Assembly: GCA_043228905.1 (NCBI GenBank)
Contig: JBHGNT010000007.1
Coordinates: 11,904,001-11,968,000, forward strand
Source of the DNA: Azolla caroliniana
Taxonomy: Eukaryota; Plantae; Polypodiophyta
Direction of reading: 5' to 3'
DNA: 64,000 nt
In this document: piece after piece, positions 37,001-51,089 of the stretch
How the letters are laid out: each line of letters starts with the position of its first letter
Numbering within the stretch: position 1 is the stretch's first letter
The notes under the pieces: generated by a model
The model's database searches: none
What the model saw: the letters and a program-made list of their open reading frames with translations, nothing else
Told to the model about the DNA's origin: nothing
Translations under genes and position numbers: made by a program

Positions 37001-40000
37001 ACTACCCAAAGAAGAACAATAAATACCACAATTTAGACATGCATCCACAACCGAGTTTTTAATGCAATACTTCCTTGCTCATTTGGCTTGTGTTTCCTAT
37101 TAAATCCTACAAAGAATAAGAAAATTGTCATGCAAAACAAGCATTCACATAAACCAAATCATGTTATTTCCTTGCAAATCACTTCATATTGAGATTAATT
37201 GAGTAATAATGGAGGCGACTCATTTTGGTATGTGTGTCATGTCTAGGGGACTAATAATGAAAAACAAATATCATAAAAAGAAGTGTATGTATAGTAGGCC
37301 CAAACTTGAATCCACTATGTCACATCAAGACAAAAAACAAGGAAATGTTAAAGCTTAGATACCAAATTATAGTAACGACCTTTTAATAAAGGAACTAAAA
37401 AACTAAGAGGAGGCGAGAAGGGGAGAATATACCTCTCAATGGTAGTTGGCCCTTTTTATATATATTGTGAAGCCTGATGCATATGTCCAGACTCCAAACC
37501 ATAGTTGTCACACTGTATCTAGCAATTTATTATCCACAAACTAATGGATCAACCAACGTATGACCTCATTGAGCTTTCTTCATAAACCTTAATCTTCCAT
37601 GCTTTCCCTATGTAACAACATTTTCTTATTTCTACATATGTAAAATGAAGAAAGGAATAGGAATGGGAGTCCTTACAGGGGCTGATGTTAACAGGGGAAG
37701 GCTGGGCGAAACAGTTTAACCCCTATGGTCATGGATTTATAGTGCAGGGTGGCAATGTGTTTCAATGTGCTGGAGTTCAACTTGGCACAAACTTTGAATT
37801 TTTTTAGGAGATATGGATGCGGTCTTGGCACATTTGGACCAGGCGTTGTAAGTTTGTTTTTCAATAATAGAAGCTCCCAAGCGGTGAGGTGTTGTTAAAC
37901 ATCTAGTTCAAGCTAGTATCTTGGTTGCAGGGACGGTACGACTCGATTATGGGGGAATCGGATGAAGCAGAAAGAGCTCGGTCAAAGTTTTTGCTAAAAT
38001 GGGGCAGTTCTCCTATAGTGGACAAATCATCATCATGGCCTAAATGGAACTACCAAGCACCTAGATCTTCCATTAATGACCAGGAGCTGTAAATATGCAT
38101 GTTTGTGTTACACGTTAGTTACCATGTTAAAAGAGTTGATGGGATACTTTTGTTGTAAATGAGGGGGTGGGGACTATGATCACTTTGGTGAGAAGACCAA
38201 AGTGAGTTTTGCTGAAATTGGTTGGTCTTTGATGTACTTTGTTTGCTAACTAATGCGAAGTAGTGTTTTTTGGGGAAAAAAGAAGAAGAAGAATAGGAAC
38301 ATTTTTTTATTTTTTGAAACAAACTCAAATGGATCATTGGATTATCACCTATTAGAACCCATTTCATTGTATTTTGAAACAAAATAATGATAATCTATTA
38401 CAGTGTCGCTTATAAAATTTCCTTAAAAGATTCCTATATTAAAATTTCCTAGTTGAGGGATGTAAGAAGTTTGTAGTTTCCATTAAAAACATATGGTTTG
38501 TGTTATAATTTTACAATGGTCTTAAGTTGAATAGGTATTACGCTAGCCTTACATATGTATGGAAATCATCATTGCAATTCTTCAAACATGGATGGAATTC
38601 CTAGTGGGTAGTCAAATCTATGGGGGAACAAGTGAAAAGTTACCAAGAGATGACAATACAACACATCCTTTTTATGACAACCATTTCATTTTGTACTTCT
38701 TACTTGCGACAAAAAACTTGCAAACTTCTTAAATTTAAAAAAATTTGAAGTTAACAAACATACAATCTAGAGACTAGCATCACATGGCAAGGATCCATGA
38801 ATGGTCACATTCATTTGAAAGAATGCAATGCAAGTTCACTTTGACAGTTATTGAACCCACATGTTCAAACCGATGTGCATCTAACCATTTGTGTTAGAAA
38901 ATCCAAACTTGGGTCACATTTTGAGGTTTTCTAGCATTTTGAAATTTGATCTCTAGTTATGGATTCTTCGATTTTGAGTATTGAGGCATGACCTCATTTA
39001 CACACACACACACAAAAAAAAAAGGTAAAGCAATCTAGAGGATAAGCTAGTTGTCATATGAGTACATTCTATCATGTATAGAGATCATCTTTATTTGACA
39101 TGAACCATATTAAAGTATTTGATCGAGATGACTTGCAAATGGCTCCTTTAAGGGGGGGGAGGGGGGTCCACATCCTAGTTGTATTGTACATGTTGTGGGG
39201 AGAGGGAGATGCTTTTTAGGTGGTCTTTTTTTTATGCTATTAACATCTTTGCCACTATGAAATGCATGATGTGATTGCTGAGTTGTACTTTGAAATGTAA
39301 GCGCCGTAGAATAACATATTAAAGATACATTCTTTGGATGGAACTCGATATTGTGGTAAGGTTACACATCCAAGATGAACCAATAAAACATATAAAGAGA
39401 AAGTGTACATGTTGAGCGGGGAGGCAATAGTATAAATCATCATTATGTTCATGTTATGTAGAAAAGTGACGACGGGTGGGTGGGATCTATTAGTCTAAGT
39501 TGTGATTATGTTGTTCATGTTATGTAGAGAGAGATAATCCCAAGACTCAAGATTACGCTTGCACACACATATACACACACGCGCGCGTGTATACTTGGAG
39601 ATAAAAGCCAAACATGAAAAGTTTTGGTTGTTTCAGTCAATAAATCAAATTTTGCACCATGCAAACATCTAGACTTGGGTTTTGTTCTTTATAAAGTTTC
39701 TGACTACTATCTTTGTATGACTGCCATTGAATAACTTTCGGATGTTCAAGTGCATTATGCATTGCAACATCCACATGGGCCTTTCTCTATACAAATATTC
39801 TTTTTCGGTTTTTAAACTTTTGGTAATATTCAATAAGTAGTTAGTTATCGTTCGATAATTCAGTTAAACTTGAGGATTTTCCATTAGACTATTTCAAAAT
39901 GTCCTTTGAGTGGATTCAACACCATATATTTCCACATGTTTAGTGGCATTTAATATTCTTCTTGTGCGTTTTCATCTCTTACCAAGGTTTTGTTACCACT

Positions 40001-41604
40001 CTTTTAGTTTGGGAGTCTTTGGTTGATTGAACTAAGGCAAGCAGACGATCAACCAAATGTCATGTCTTCCTGCATGATATCATCCTTTTGCATGAGAATA
40101 ACACGAAGTGGTAGTAGTGCTATATTTGTGGAGTTTTTCCCTTACAATCCTCATGTTGTACTAGCAATTACTTATATACTATCTCTCTATGATTGTCTTC
40201 GATTTGTTTTCAACAATGTTGTCAACATGGGGATTTCAAAGTATACTGACGTTATTTAAGCACTTGTTCAAACAATTTACGAATGATTGTTCTAACTCTA
40301 AGGCTAGCGGACAACTCTAACTTTCAATTGTTATTTGAATGTTTCTCTAAGAAGTTGTATTTTGATGTGAGTTAAGCGGATCTTACACACGAGATATCCT
40401 CGAGAGACACTACATATATTATATTGCCCACATTGTTATTTTCATGATATTCGAGGTTCTTTCGAAATCACTCAAGACAATTGTGACATGGTTATCATCA
40501 GGATAAAGAACCTTACGCTAGGCGTTGAACATTACTCAATGCTTCGTGCATTCATTGAGACTCTACACAATTGTTGGAAGTCAAGAGCAACACTATACAC
40601 GGAGATTTTGGGATGTCCTCTGAAGGTTTTGGGAGTTGTCTTGCATTTGAGGTGTGAGGAGGGAGGACTTTCATATGTTCTTTGAAGCACGATATTGTCC
40701 ACACGGGGGGCCATTTCGAACATTCTAAGGTTAAGAAAGCAGGAGGTCAAATAAATCTTTGTATGACACTAAACTTGGGGACTCTCTTCATGTGCATTCA
40801 TTCATTCAAAAGCACATATGAACTCACTCTTATGTAGTAATAGTATTATTAGTTGTTACTAGTTAGTATGTATGTATGTACATATTGGGGAAGGAAGGAA
40901 GGAAGTCCTGAAGGAATGGGAAAAGACAGATGGATAGACACAGGGGAGAGAGAGAGAGAGAGGGGGGGGTCTCTGCATTTACATAATTAGAGGAGGAAGA
41001 GGAGGAGGAGGAGGAGGAGGAACGTGAGGCCTGACACTCCCTTTTTTATGGCAAACTTTCCTCTTCTTCTTCTTCTTCTTCTTCTTCTTCTTCCATCTTC
41101 ATTCCGTTTCGTTCGTTCGTTTATTCATTCATTCATCCATCCTCCTCCTCCTCCTTTTCGGCCTTCATATGCATGACAGACTGAATTAGGCAATGAACAT
41201 GTGGAAGAGAGAGAGAATCATTATATGACTTGATGCTGAAAGTTGTCGGATTAGTAGAAAAGAAAGATTCTAAACCATCCGTGATGGTGATGGTTGTTTG
41301 ATCTGAAAACGAAGAGAAAGATTTAATCTAGATGAAGACCGTGGCAATGATGCTAGTTGTCTGTAGGAGAATGATAGATATTTAATTTGTGCGATGATGA
41401 TAATCGTTTGAGAACAACCAGAAACAGATCAATTCTACATGATATTTCAACAGCTCTCTGAGATGAAGGAAGAGACAAATTCAATCCATATTCTGATGAT
41501 AGTTGTCTGATAGAAAGAGAAGAAGAAGAAGAAGAAGAAGATAAATCTATTTTTGCTGAGGTATTTTTTTATTTTGTTTCTGTGTTGTCTTCCATTTCTA
41601 TCCA

Positions 41605-44600
41605 ATGGCAGCAGGAAATATGTATCAGAGTAGCCGAGATCGTCGCCGAGGTGGAGAACAAGAGCAAGTAGATACTAGATATACAAAGGTGTTCGTGGGA
41701 GGTTTGGCTTGGGAGACCCAGCGTGATGCCATGCGCCGCCATTTTGAGCAATATGGAGAGATCATCGAAGCTGTTGTTATCACTGATAAAGCTACCGGTC
41801 GCTCCAAAGGCTATGGATTTGTAAGTGTTTCTCTCTCTCTCTCTCTCTCTCTCTACATTCTTTCCACTTAAAGGTTGTGATTCTTGATACTAGATCTATG
41901 AATATGTGTGTATGCTAGCTCTTAATTTGCCTTAAAGTACCAAAAAGAAATAATGAAAAACTGTCCTAAGATTTATGTACTTGGATGACGTTAGCTCTTA
42001 ATCAACTCTAATCTGCAACAAAACCATAGTGAAAAGATATCTGACGAGTTCTTCTATATGTAGATCAACACCTCAGCTCTTGATTGGCTGTAATGTGTGA
42101 AAAAACCAGCGTGAAAAGATCTCTTACGATTTCTTGTGTATGTAGGTCATCATGTTGCTCTTAATTGGCTGAAATGTATGAAAAAGAAATGGTCAAAAGA
42201 TGTCTGAGCACTTGAGCATATAGATCATGCTATCTTTTAATTGCCGTAATGCGGGAAAACCAGTGCAGAAAGATGTCTTGTGCATATTGATGAGGATGGC
42301 TCTTAATTAGATCATGCTAGCTCTTAATATATGGGGAAAACCATAGAGAAATGATGGATAAGACTTCTCATTCATATGGAACACGTTAGCACCTGATTCT
42401 CCGCAATGTGCAATAAATCATAGGAAAATGTCTTAAAACTTCAAGATTCTGTTAGCTCCTTATCCAGCATAATGCGAGAAGATTTCTGAAAGTTCTTGTG
42501 CATATAGATCATGCTAACATGTGATACAGATCATTGGAGTATATAGATTGTAATGTAGGTAGATCTTAATGTGCTGCATGTGGCCTGAATTTTAGTAGGG
42601 AAATGGAAAACATCTTTGCTCCTAATCAGCTTCAATGTGGCTGGAATTCGAGTATGAAAATGTCAAAACTCTTCGCTGTCTACACACTTTTCATGTAAAG
42701 GATAGCTCTTTATTGGCCACAATATGGCTGGAATTTGAGTTCGAAACTCCTTTCCAGTAAAGGCGGTGATCCTCGATCCTTAATCTATATACATTAATGT
42801 ATTTATATGTATATATATTGATCGTGTGGCTCTTGATTGGTCATAATGTGGGAAAAACCAGATATCATGTCAGAAGATTTTTAAGACTCATCATATATAT
42901 ATATATTATCTCAGGTCCTGATTAGCCATAATGAAGCCGGAATCATGGGGGGAAAATGTCTCTGGTTACTTGGGCACAACGTGGCTGGAATCATAAGGGG
43001 AAAATGCCAAATGTTTTTTCCATGGAATTGTAGACATTTTCCTGATATGTTTTCTCCACATTGCAGATTTTGGTCTAACATCATGTGTCATTGGAACTTG
43101 GGAAGAAACTTAACATTGAATATAGCAAGGTAATATTGGGGAAAGTGGGCACAAGCTAATGATGTGCAGTGCTATTAAAGACATTGAATTATGTGAGAAA
43201 GTGGGCACAAGCTAATGATGTACAGTTCTATTAAAGACATTGAATCATGTGAGAAAGTGGGCTCTTCTTCACATTGGAATAAAGCTCATAACGTTGATAT
43301 TTATAGGGTAACATAAGGGAAAGTGCACTCTTACCTACATAGAAAAGAGGCTTATATTGTCGAATGCTATGGGGAAGCAAGCGGAAAGGTGGACTCCTAG
43401 CTCATAATGTCAATATCTGCCCCCTCCTGCCAAATAAAAACAAAACCACACCTGGATTACCAGCTTGCCTGTGGCGGCTCAAAATATTGGAGACATGAGG
43501 AAAAACGACTCTTTTTCACATGGAAAAATGACTAGAGCTTTTGTTATATATCTGAGCATTGAAAATTTGGATTGGGTTTCACTTGATATACCAAGTAAAT
43601 CTAGAGGAACAACTAGAGAGGCAATATGATTCATAATGAAAAGTGTGAATCTATATCTCTCTCCAGGTCACATTTCGCGATCCTGAAGCCGCACGAAGAG
43701 CCTGTGCAGATGCCACACCTATCATTGATGGACGAAGAGCAAATTGCAATCTAGCTTCTTTGGGTGCTCAACACAGAGGAGCATCACGCCCACCATTCTC
43801 TTCTGTTCGTGGTGAGAAAAAAAAGGATTTATTATTGGGTTCTATTTATGTTATCTATCTAAGATATCTGTTTGCTAATTCTGGTTGAGTAGGGTTTAGG
43901 ATTTTACATGCATTTAAACTTCATTTGTTGCTTCCCCTTTTTTTCCAGGAAACGAATGATATAATTGCCACTATACCATAAATGTTTATTTCCAGTTGCT
44001 TTAGACTGTGATCTGACTACACCATGACATCTATATGTATTTAATTTCTAGTTATAATTTCTTATGGATGTGTAAAGGCAATGCTCACATTGCGCTTTAC
44101 CATGTAATGTCTTGCCTAAGCTGTGGTTATGACAGTTCACTTGTATTCATATAGCATAACAATACACTTCTTGTTGAGGTAATCTGCTCTTAAAGTAGAT
44201 TCAGTTCCTGAAATCCTGTGACATAATGGATAGATATCATCAGCTTTTTTCCGAAAAACTAGTTTTCTTGGAAATCGAGAAACCTTCATGAGTTGTATGA
44301 TGCCCTTGAATGTTGATTGTGCTTCATCCTGCAGAAATGCACAGCTTGATCGTTGTCTTGTTCGTGAAGATGTTTTTGTTGATCTATAACTACCTCTAAT
44401 ATTATCGGGCTCAGGCAACCATTTTCAAGCTATGGGTCCTACCCCGGTGAATCCACAAGTTGGAAGAGGAGGGTCTCTATACCCAATGTATTTTCAACAA
44501 GGCAACTATGCATTTCAATATGGATCCCCTTACCAAAGTTTTGGGTGAGTAATTGTATCATTTAAGGGCCATATGACACTGCACTTTTAAAGCTTTATGT

Positions 44601-45830
44601 CAAATATTTAAAATAAAAAATTATAGCATTGTCTCACATATTTTTTGGTGTTTTAATAAAACATAACAAATTTACTTGGATTTTATTGAGTATCAAGTAT
44701 TGTGAGAGCACTATCCAATAATAAGCTTTACATTAAATTTCAGAAATCTATTGAATCATTGCCTTCACCCCTTTTTTTTCATTTTTCTTCTTCCTATAAG
44801 CTATTAAAATTTCTAAAAACTTCAAATTTTCATTAGTGAGAAGGAATTTAGGAGCATGAAACAATAATTAGTTGTCTCAATTTTAGGTCAAAAGTGATGA
44901 CTTTCTGATTTTAATCCACTTTTTTGTTTTATATCCTAATCATGTGGCTGGTATTTGTGGCTATAACTTTAACTTTAAAAACATTTTGGTATTTTTCCTT
45001 CCATAATGCCTGTCCTATTAAATCTTTGGGAGAGACGGCTCATATGTACTCATTGTATTGCTCTGCAGATACCCATATTCCCCAGAGCTCGTATACCAAC
45101 CGGTGCGTGAAAATTGTTCTCTCTTCAATTCTTGATCCTGTCTTCCCTCTTTACAGCGTTTTTTTAGAGACATGAGTGACAAACTTATGTTACCATAATG
45201 TATGGGACAGGTTTCACTGTGCCCTTTTGTGGTGTGAACACCACTTTAGATAATAGCCTTAATATAGCCACCGAATCTATGAAAGCTAGAGCTACTCTAT
45301 ATTTGGCATGGGTCAGATACATGTATAAAAAGTCTATTTCTGTGTCACATTACTTTTTACAATTTGTAATGCAATCTTTTTCATATTTTCTTTCCTGTTT
45401 AGGGAATGTACAACCCATACGGTGGTCTACAGTACCCACCACAAGTTTACTCTGGAGCTACGGTTGGGAGTTCACCCCTGTATGCATACGTGCAACCATC
45501 TTCACAAGGCTTCCCTATGCAACTTCCTCAAATGATGCAATATGGGGCCGTCCAACAACCCTATGGATTTGTACCCCTGTCACCCTCGGTCACATCCACA
45601 GGTAAAATATCTCCATTTGTTTTCTTGTGATCGTAGCATTCATTCTCAAGAATGAATAACACATACAGTTCATATAAATAGTAAAACACCAATCACTTAT
45701 AAAAGCAGGAGCCACAGTGGGATATTCTTCACCAAGTACGACGGGAAGTCCGAGATTGAATTCACCTCCACAGTTTTTGGCAGTCCAGAATCAGCATTTT
45801 TCGCTAGCACCTAAATCAGAAGAGCAATAA
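41605..45830 (+). CDS. Single-RRM RNA-binding protein, ARP1-like / RBM24-RBM38-like, ~281 aa, 6 exons
   Basis: Exons 41605-41820, 43667-43811, 44415-44544, 45069-45102, 45403-45601, 45709-45830; all GT-AG and in frame (846 nt). RNP2 KVFVGGL, RNP1 [27 protein letters not shown]-rich tail. Confidence 0.92.
41890..43265. repeat. Degenerate ~80-bp tandem array plus a 56-bp tandem pair in RRM intron 1
   Basis: Recurring TAGATCATGCTAGCTCTTAATTGG…GAAAAGAT; GTGGGCACAAGCTAATGATG at 43145 and 43201. Confidence 0.7.
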
Positions 45831-46859
45831 AAATTTTCCACTTGAATTCCATATATTAAATATGCTCTTGGAAAGGTGTTCAGATACGGTGACAATGCAT
45901 TTATTGAAAGTACCATTAACTGAAGATTTATAGTCCCACACACTTGGAAGATTAATAGTCTCACTGGCAAATATAGCAGCAAGAAGTCAGCCCTATCGAC
46001 ACTTCTTCTTTACTTGCTCATATATCAATTTTGTGAAGCTTTCTTTGCCCCATCTTTTTCGATCAAGAGGCAAAAATATCGAGGTCAAAGTAAAATCCAC
46101 TATTGAGGTGCCTTCAACTAGCTGTGGGTTTTGAACTCTTCATTCTTTAACTCTTGGTTAATCAATCAAATTGCGTGGACATCTTATTTTTTTGACCCTA
46201 TCCACATATAAGATTCATTATCAGGCATATACAGACTCCAATAGAGAGATTGGTCAAAATCTTTTTGTTAGATGACATGACTCAAATCATTTTTTTTGTT
46301 TTCTTAAAAAAGGCAAAAATAAAAATTTCGGAGTTAGTTCAAGTTCAAACTCTCCTTGTCTATTTTTGTCTCCCACGTACACAATGCTTGGTGGGTCTTT
46401 TGGGTTAACATAACGTTTGAATAACTTTTGCAATGGTGGTGGAAGGCTAGTTTGGATGTTCTCGTTGAGTAATTTGATGAGTGGTGGTTAGAGAAAACCA
46501 TGTATCAGTAGCAAGAACATTGTTTGGTGTACTAATTATACTTCAACTTGACCTCTTGGGTGTCAATTATATTTGACTTGTCGTGCATTCAATCATGGTT
46601 GTAGAAAGTTACAAATATTTTGCTATCAATGATGTACAAGATTTCAAATTTTCTTTCTTTTTATTAGTGAGAGTAGGTTGGATGTAGTAGGTTAAAAGAT
46701 GCCAAAGTGGCATTTAGTTCAAGAGGCAAACTTATATGAACATTGCATAATAATTTATATGCACTTTTCTAAAGTGGATCGTGTTCCATTGAGATAGGTA
46801 GATAGATTTTATTGTCTCTTTAGAGGTTTAAGACCACAAATATAACATTTTCTCAAAAA

Positions 46860-47956
46860 TGTAACATTCTCAAGTAAGACATGTGAAAGTGAGTAGTGAA
46901 TCTCGATGCTCAAACTTTACTAATGAATGTCAAAATTGAGAGTGCATGTTTTGATTGTGAGAGAAAATTGTGTAGGGATTGGGTTTGGTCGAAGATGTGT
47001 GCAAAGCATAGTCGAATGTGATTAAAGGCAAAACATTATACTAGTTACTCAAACCCTTGATCTTGTTTAGGGCAAGTGCATAGTGGATTGCTCTCACTAC
47101 TTGTGCCGCAACATCGCGTCTCACATTGTAGAGAGAAAGAAAGAAAGAAAGTTATATTAACGTCTTCTAAGGCCAAAATTGGCCCATGAGACAGTTGGTT
47201 TACAACAAGAATGGGTATTTATCCAATCATCAAAACTAAAATAAAAGTAAAGTAAAAATAGCTTAAGCTAAAAGAGTTCTAGTCGTGTACAAAACATAAT
47301 ATACTTGATAAAAAAGAAGTGGCTTTGCACTAAGCCTAATTTCATTTCCACCCAATCCTCTCGAAAAAAAGTGGGAGGTCAAAGGGTTTTGGTGTGGGTG
47401 TGACCCATGGTCCCGGTGTATAGAGTGCCCCAACCATGGCTTCTAGGCGGTGTAGCTCACGCTCCTTGATTTTCTTTATTGCTTCTACATCACGTCGAGT
47501 TGCTTTGAAACCCGGCATCTGAGGGCGTTTGGTTCTTCTTTGATTTTCTGCTTCATCAAGGAAAAGCCCGAGTGGTGTAGGTGTGTCGACATTTGTTGTC
47601 TCCCCCTGTTCCTGAAAGACTTCATTTGTTACATGTTGGTGAACATTAGCAACCCTATTGTCAACATTTTGTAACTTATTCTCTCTGTATTGTTTTAATT
47701 CTAGGATGTATCTGCCTAATTTCTTTATATCTAGTGTATCTAAAAGTTTAGGGAGGGTGGGAGAGGAACCAAGTATGTCTTGGTATTTGGCCCTTATCTC
47801 GGCATAGGTGGGACATTTGCATTTAAAGTGGTACTCATCCTCTATCTCTACATGGCATAACCTATATATCCTTATCTCCCTAGGGACTCCATTAATACAT
47901 CCATGCTCAATCTCAAGTTGGTGAGATGATATTCTAAGTTGACCAATGGCAACCCT

Positions 47957-48000
<44 letters not shown>

Positions 48001-48210
48001 ATTATCGTCTTCGGAGTCAAATATGACGTATGAGACCAAAAATATTACATTTCATGTGATACGTGTGAAAGTGAGTAGTGACTCTCGATGTTCAAGAACT
48101 TTACCAGTGAATGTTGCAATCGAGAGTGCACATTGTGGTTGTGAGAGGAATTCATGCAAGGATTGGGCTCGGTCGAAGAGATGTGGAAAGCATGGTCAAA
48201 TATGATCAAA
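46860..48210 (+). repeat. Two diverged copies of a ~170-bp dispersed repeat (~46860-47030 and ~48040-48210)
   Basis: Both read GTGAAAGTGAGTAGTGA…CTCGATG…GAGAGTGCA…GGATTGGG…GGTCGAAGA. Confidence 0.7.
47660..47960 (-). mobile_element. LINE ORF2 3'-end fragment (RTE/RTEX-like)
   Basis: Translation LRISSHQLEIEHG…REIRI.RLCHVEIEDEYHFKCKCPTY, a C-terminal zinc-finger-type motif. Confidence 0.7.
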
Positions 48211-48559
48211 GGTGCCCCAACACCCTGTCTCACATCACAATGCATGTGAGCTAAGTCGCATGGAAACAATGGTTCGAATGGCAGACAACGGTATGGGCTC
48301 TAACATGTATCGATGTGTACGATTTCCCCGTTCCGCAAAGAATATGATTTTGTAGTTAGGTGCAACATGTGTAGTATAATGTGTGAAGCGTGAGCCTCCA
48401 CATTTGTCCCATGTCATGATACATTGGTGTTGCAAAAAGGCCGCATTTACAGAGGGATCTAATGATGCATCATGAAGTAAGTCTCGCATCCAATCTACCA
48501 AACCATTTTTCTATCTTGCATCCAACCGGAACACAAAATTTTGCTTTTATGCGCTTTTG

Positions 48560-48828
48560 GATCTTTTTGCTTGCTTCCCAAGCAATTCTAGGAAGTCAAC
48601 GTGAGTGACTTTTTTGAACCTTAAGCATGTATTCAACAACCCTTTCCATGGCCATGATCTCAATGGGAAGCGATCTCGTCTCAAGGAGGAGGAGGGTGTA
48701 GGGCGCTTGTTTCTTAACTTGTAGAAACTTTGTAAGAAAATGTTTTTGGACATTTTCAAACTCTTTCCACATAGATTTAGGGATGCTACCACCCCATATT
48801 TCCACCCCATAGAGAAGAATTGGTGTCA

Positions 48829-48830
<2 letters not shown>
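48560..48830 (-). mobile_element. LINE ORF2 post-RT fragment (RTE/RTEX-like)
   Basis: VTPILLYGVEIWG…FENVQKHFL…LLLETRSLPI. Confidence 0.7.
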
Positions 48831-48887
<57 letters not shown>

Positions 48888-48890
<3 letters not shown>

Positions 48891-49510
48891 CACCTTGGGT
48901 GGATTGGCGGTTACAAGATGGTACACGCTTGTTATAGGTCACTACAAATATATTGTATCATCATGCGATGGCATCATTATCTTGGCTATCTCCTAAAGCA
49001 GCGAAGTTGTGGAATGTATGTAAGTAAGATGCAAGGTGGTGGAAAATATTACAACGTAGAACTGGTATTCATATGGAGAGTCATGATTGGTGGGCTCCCA
49101 TTAGGTTTGGCCTTAAAGACAAGAGGACTAGGGTCGACAGTTGTTTCTTTTGCATCGGAGGATAGTACACATACGTTCATTAAATGTCCTATAACGTGTA
49201 CCATTTGGAAGTACTTATCAGACACTTGGCAAGTTTTAACTTGTTGTTGTTTGAGACCTCAACAATGGGTTTTCTCTCAATATGTTCAAAATGGTTCAAA
49301 TGATGAGATGGAGATATTGTTCCAATTTTTACCTTATTGGGGTCTACAACACAATTGGAATATGCGTAATGCTTTCATGTTTGATATAGACATGGGGTGA
49401 AAGCCTATATAAAGAAGCTTAAAGGTATTCTCATGTGGAATTTTTGGATGTTAGAGCATGTGGGGATCATTTCCCCAAATGCATATCAGGTTTTTTTAAT
49501 AGCATTACAG
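48888..49510 (+). mobile_element. L1-like LINE 3' fragment (zf-RVT region)
   Basis: FIWRVMIGGLP…EDSTHTFIKCPITCTIW…WNMRNAFMF. Confidence 0.65.
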
Positions 49511-49612
49511 AACGTCCCTCTCCCTACATAGGCATATGATAGGTAGAGGAGACTAAGAAGTGTTGTAACTAAGTGGATTTTACATGCAATTAATATAATT
49601 GTGTGCTTTTAC

Positions 49613-49652
<40 letters not shown>

Positions 49653-49956
49653 CGAAATTAGAGATGGAGATCATTTTCCTATTCTGGAGAACATCCCTCT
49701 CCCTACATAGGCATATGATAGGTAGAGGAGACTAAGAAGTGTTGTAACTAAGTGGATTTTACATGCAATTAATATAATTGTGTGCTTTTACCAAAGAGAG
49801 AGAGAGAGAGAGAGACCCGAAATTAGAGATGGAGATCATTTTCCTATTTTGGAGAACGTCCCTCTCCCTACATAGGCATATGATAGGTAGAGGAGACTAA
49901 GAAGTGTTGTAACTAAGTGGATTTTACATGCAATTAATATAATTGTGTGCTTTTAC

Positions 49957-50000
<44 letters not shown>

Positions 50001-50208
50001 CGAAATTAGAGATGGAGATCATTTTCCTATTCTGGAGAACGTCCCTCTCCCTACATAGGCATATGATAGGTAGAGGAGACTAAGAAGTGTTGTAACTAAG
50101 TGGATTTTACATGCAATTAATATAATTGTGTGCTTTTACCAAAGAGAGAGAGAGAGAGAGAGAGAGAGACCCGAAATTAGAGATGGAGATCATTTTCCTA
50201 TTCTGGAG
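49511..50208. repeat. Four near-identical ~165-183-bp tandem units, each with a variable (AG)n
   Basis: Units start at 49511, 49690, 49855 and 50038. Confidence 0.95.
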
Positions 50209-50469
50209 ATATTTGGGATTTGGGATTGCTATGTTGTTGTTTTGATGGTAGACATGGAGTCAACGTTTTGCTAAGAAAGTTGGAGTTCTAATGTGCAATT
50301 TTTTTATTGGAGTGAGTAGAAATTGTTTCCTCAGTGGAGTATTTGTCTTGCCTATCAATGGCGATTCAACATGTTCCACTAATCTTGCAGTGGTGACCAC
50401 ATTTATTGATACAATTGTGGTATCGTTATAGCGTATTTCACACATTTATTGATACAATTGTGTGTTTTC

Positions 50470-50545
<76 letters not shown>

Positions 50546-51089
50546 GAGAGAGAACTAAACAAGTTGTCCAAAGTTTATGAGATGCTCATTTGCTCAACTT
50601 GTACATGTTTCATGCTTACCTTGTAAATTAGTGATAGTCGAAACTTTGTTGCATGGGTTTATTTCATGTTGCGTAGCTGAAGGGTGTATTTATCCTCAAG
50701 AAGCTGAAAAGGTGAGCAAACAAGCACGATGATGTAGTGATTTTGCGTTGTGACTTGCCATGTGATGTCAATTGGTTGTGGAATGAAGGAAGACGACAAG
50801 AGAAAAGATCAAGCATGTCATATTCACGGTTGACCGCATTCAACACATGTCACTTGGTGTGACACTTGCTTCCTATATTTGAGTGCATTTGCAATTGTAC
50901 ATTTTCACATTATATGCTAGTTCTACATGCAACATGTGAATTTTTGTACATATTCTATAAATTAATAGTACAAAACAACAAAGATTCTTTAGAGAACATA
51001 TATAGACAAGGATAGTGCAAAGCATCTAATGATTCATGTCATTAATACTATACGGATGAGGCAAGATGCCCAAAGCAAAGAAGGCACAA

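Noticed and set aside
34050-40800. Possible old transposon relics in the AT-rich intergenic region
   Set aside because: No motif, terminal repeat or TSD that I could identify with confidence; needs a repeat-library search.
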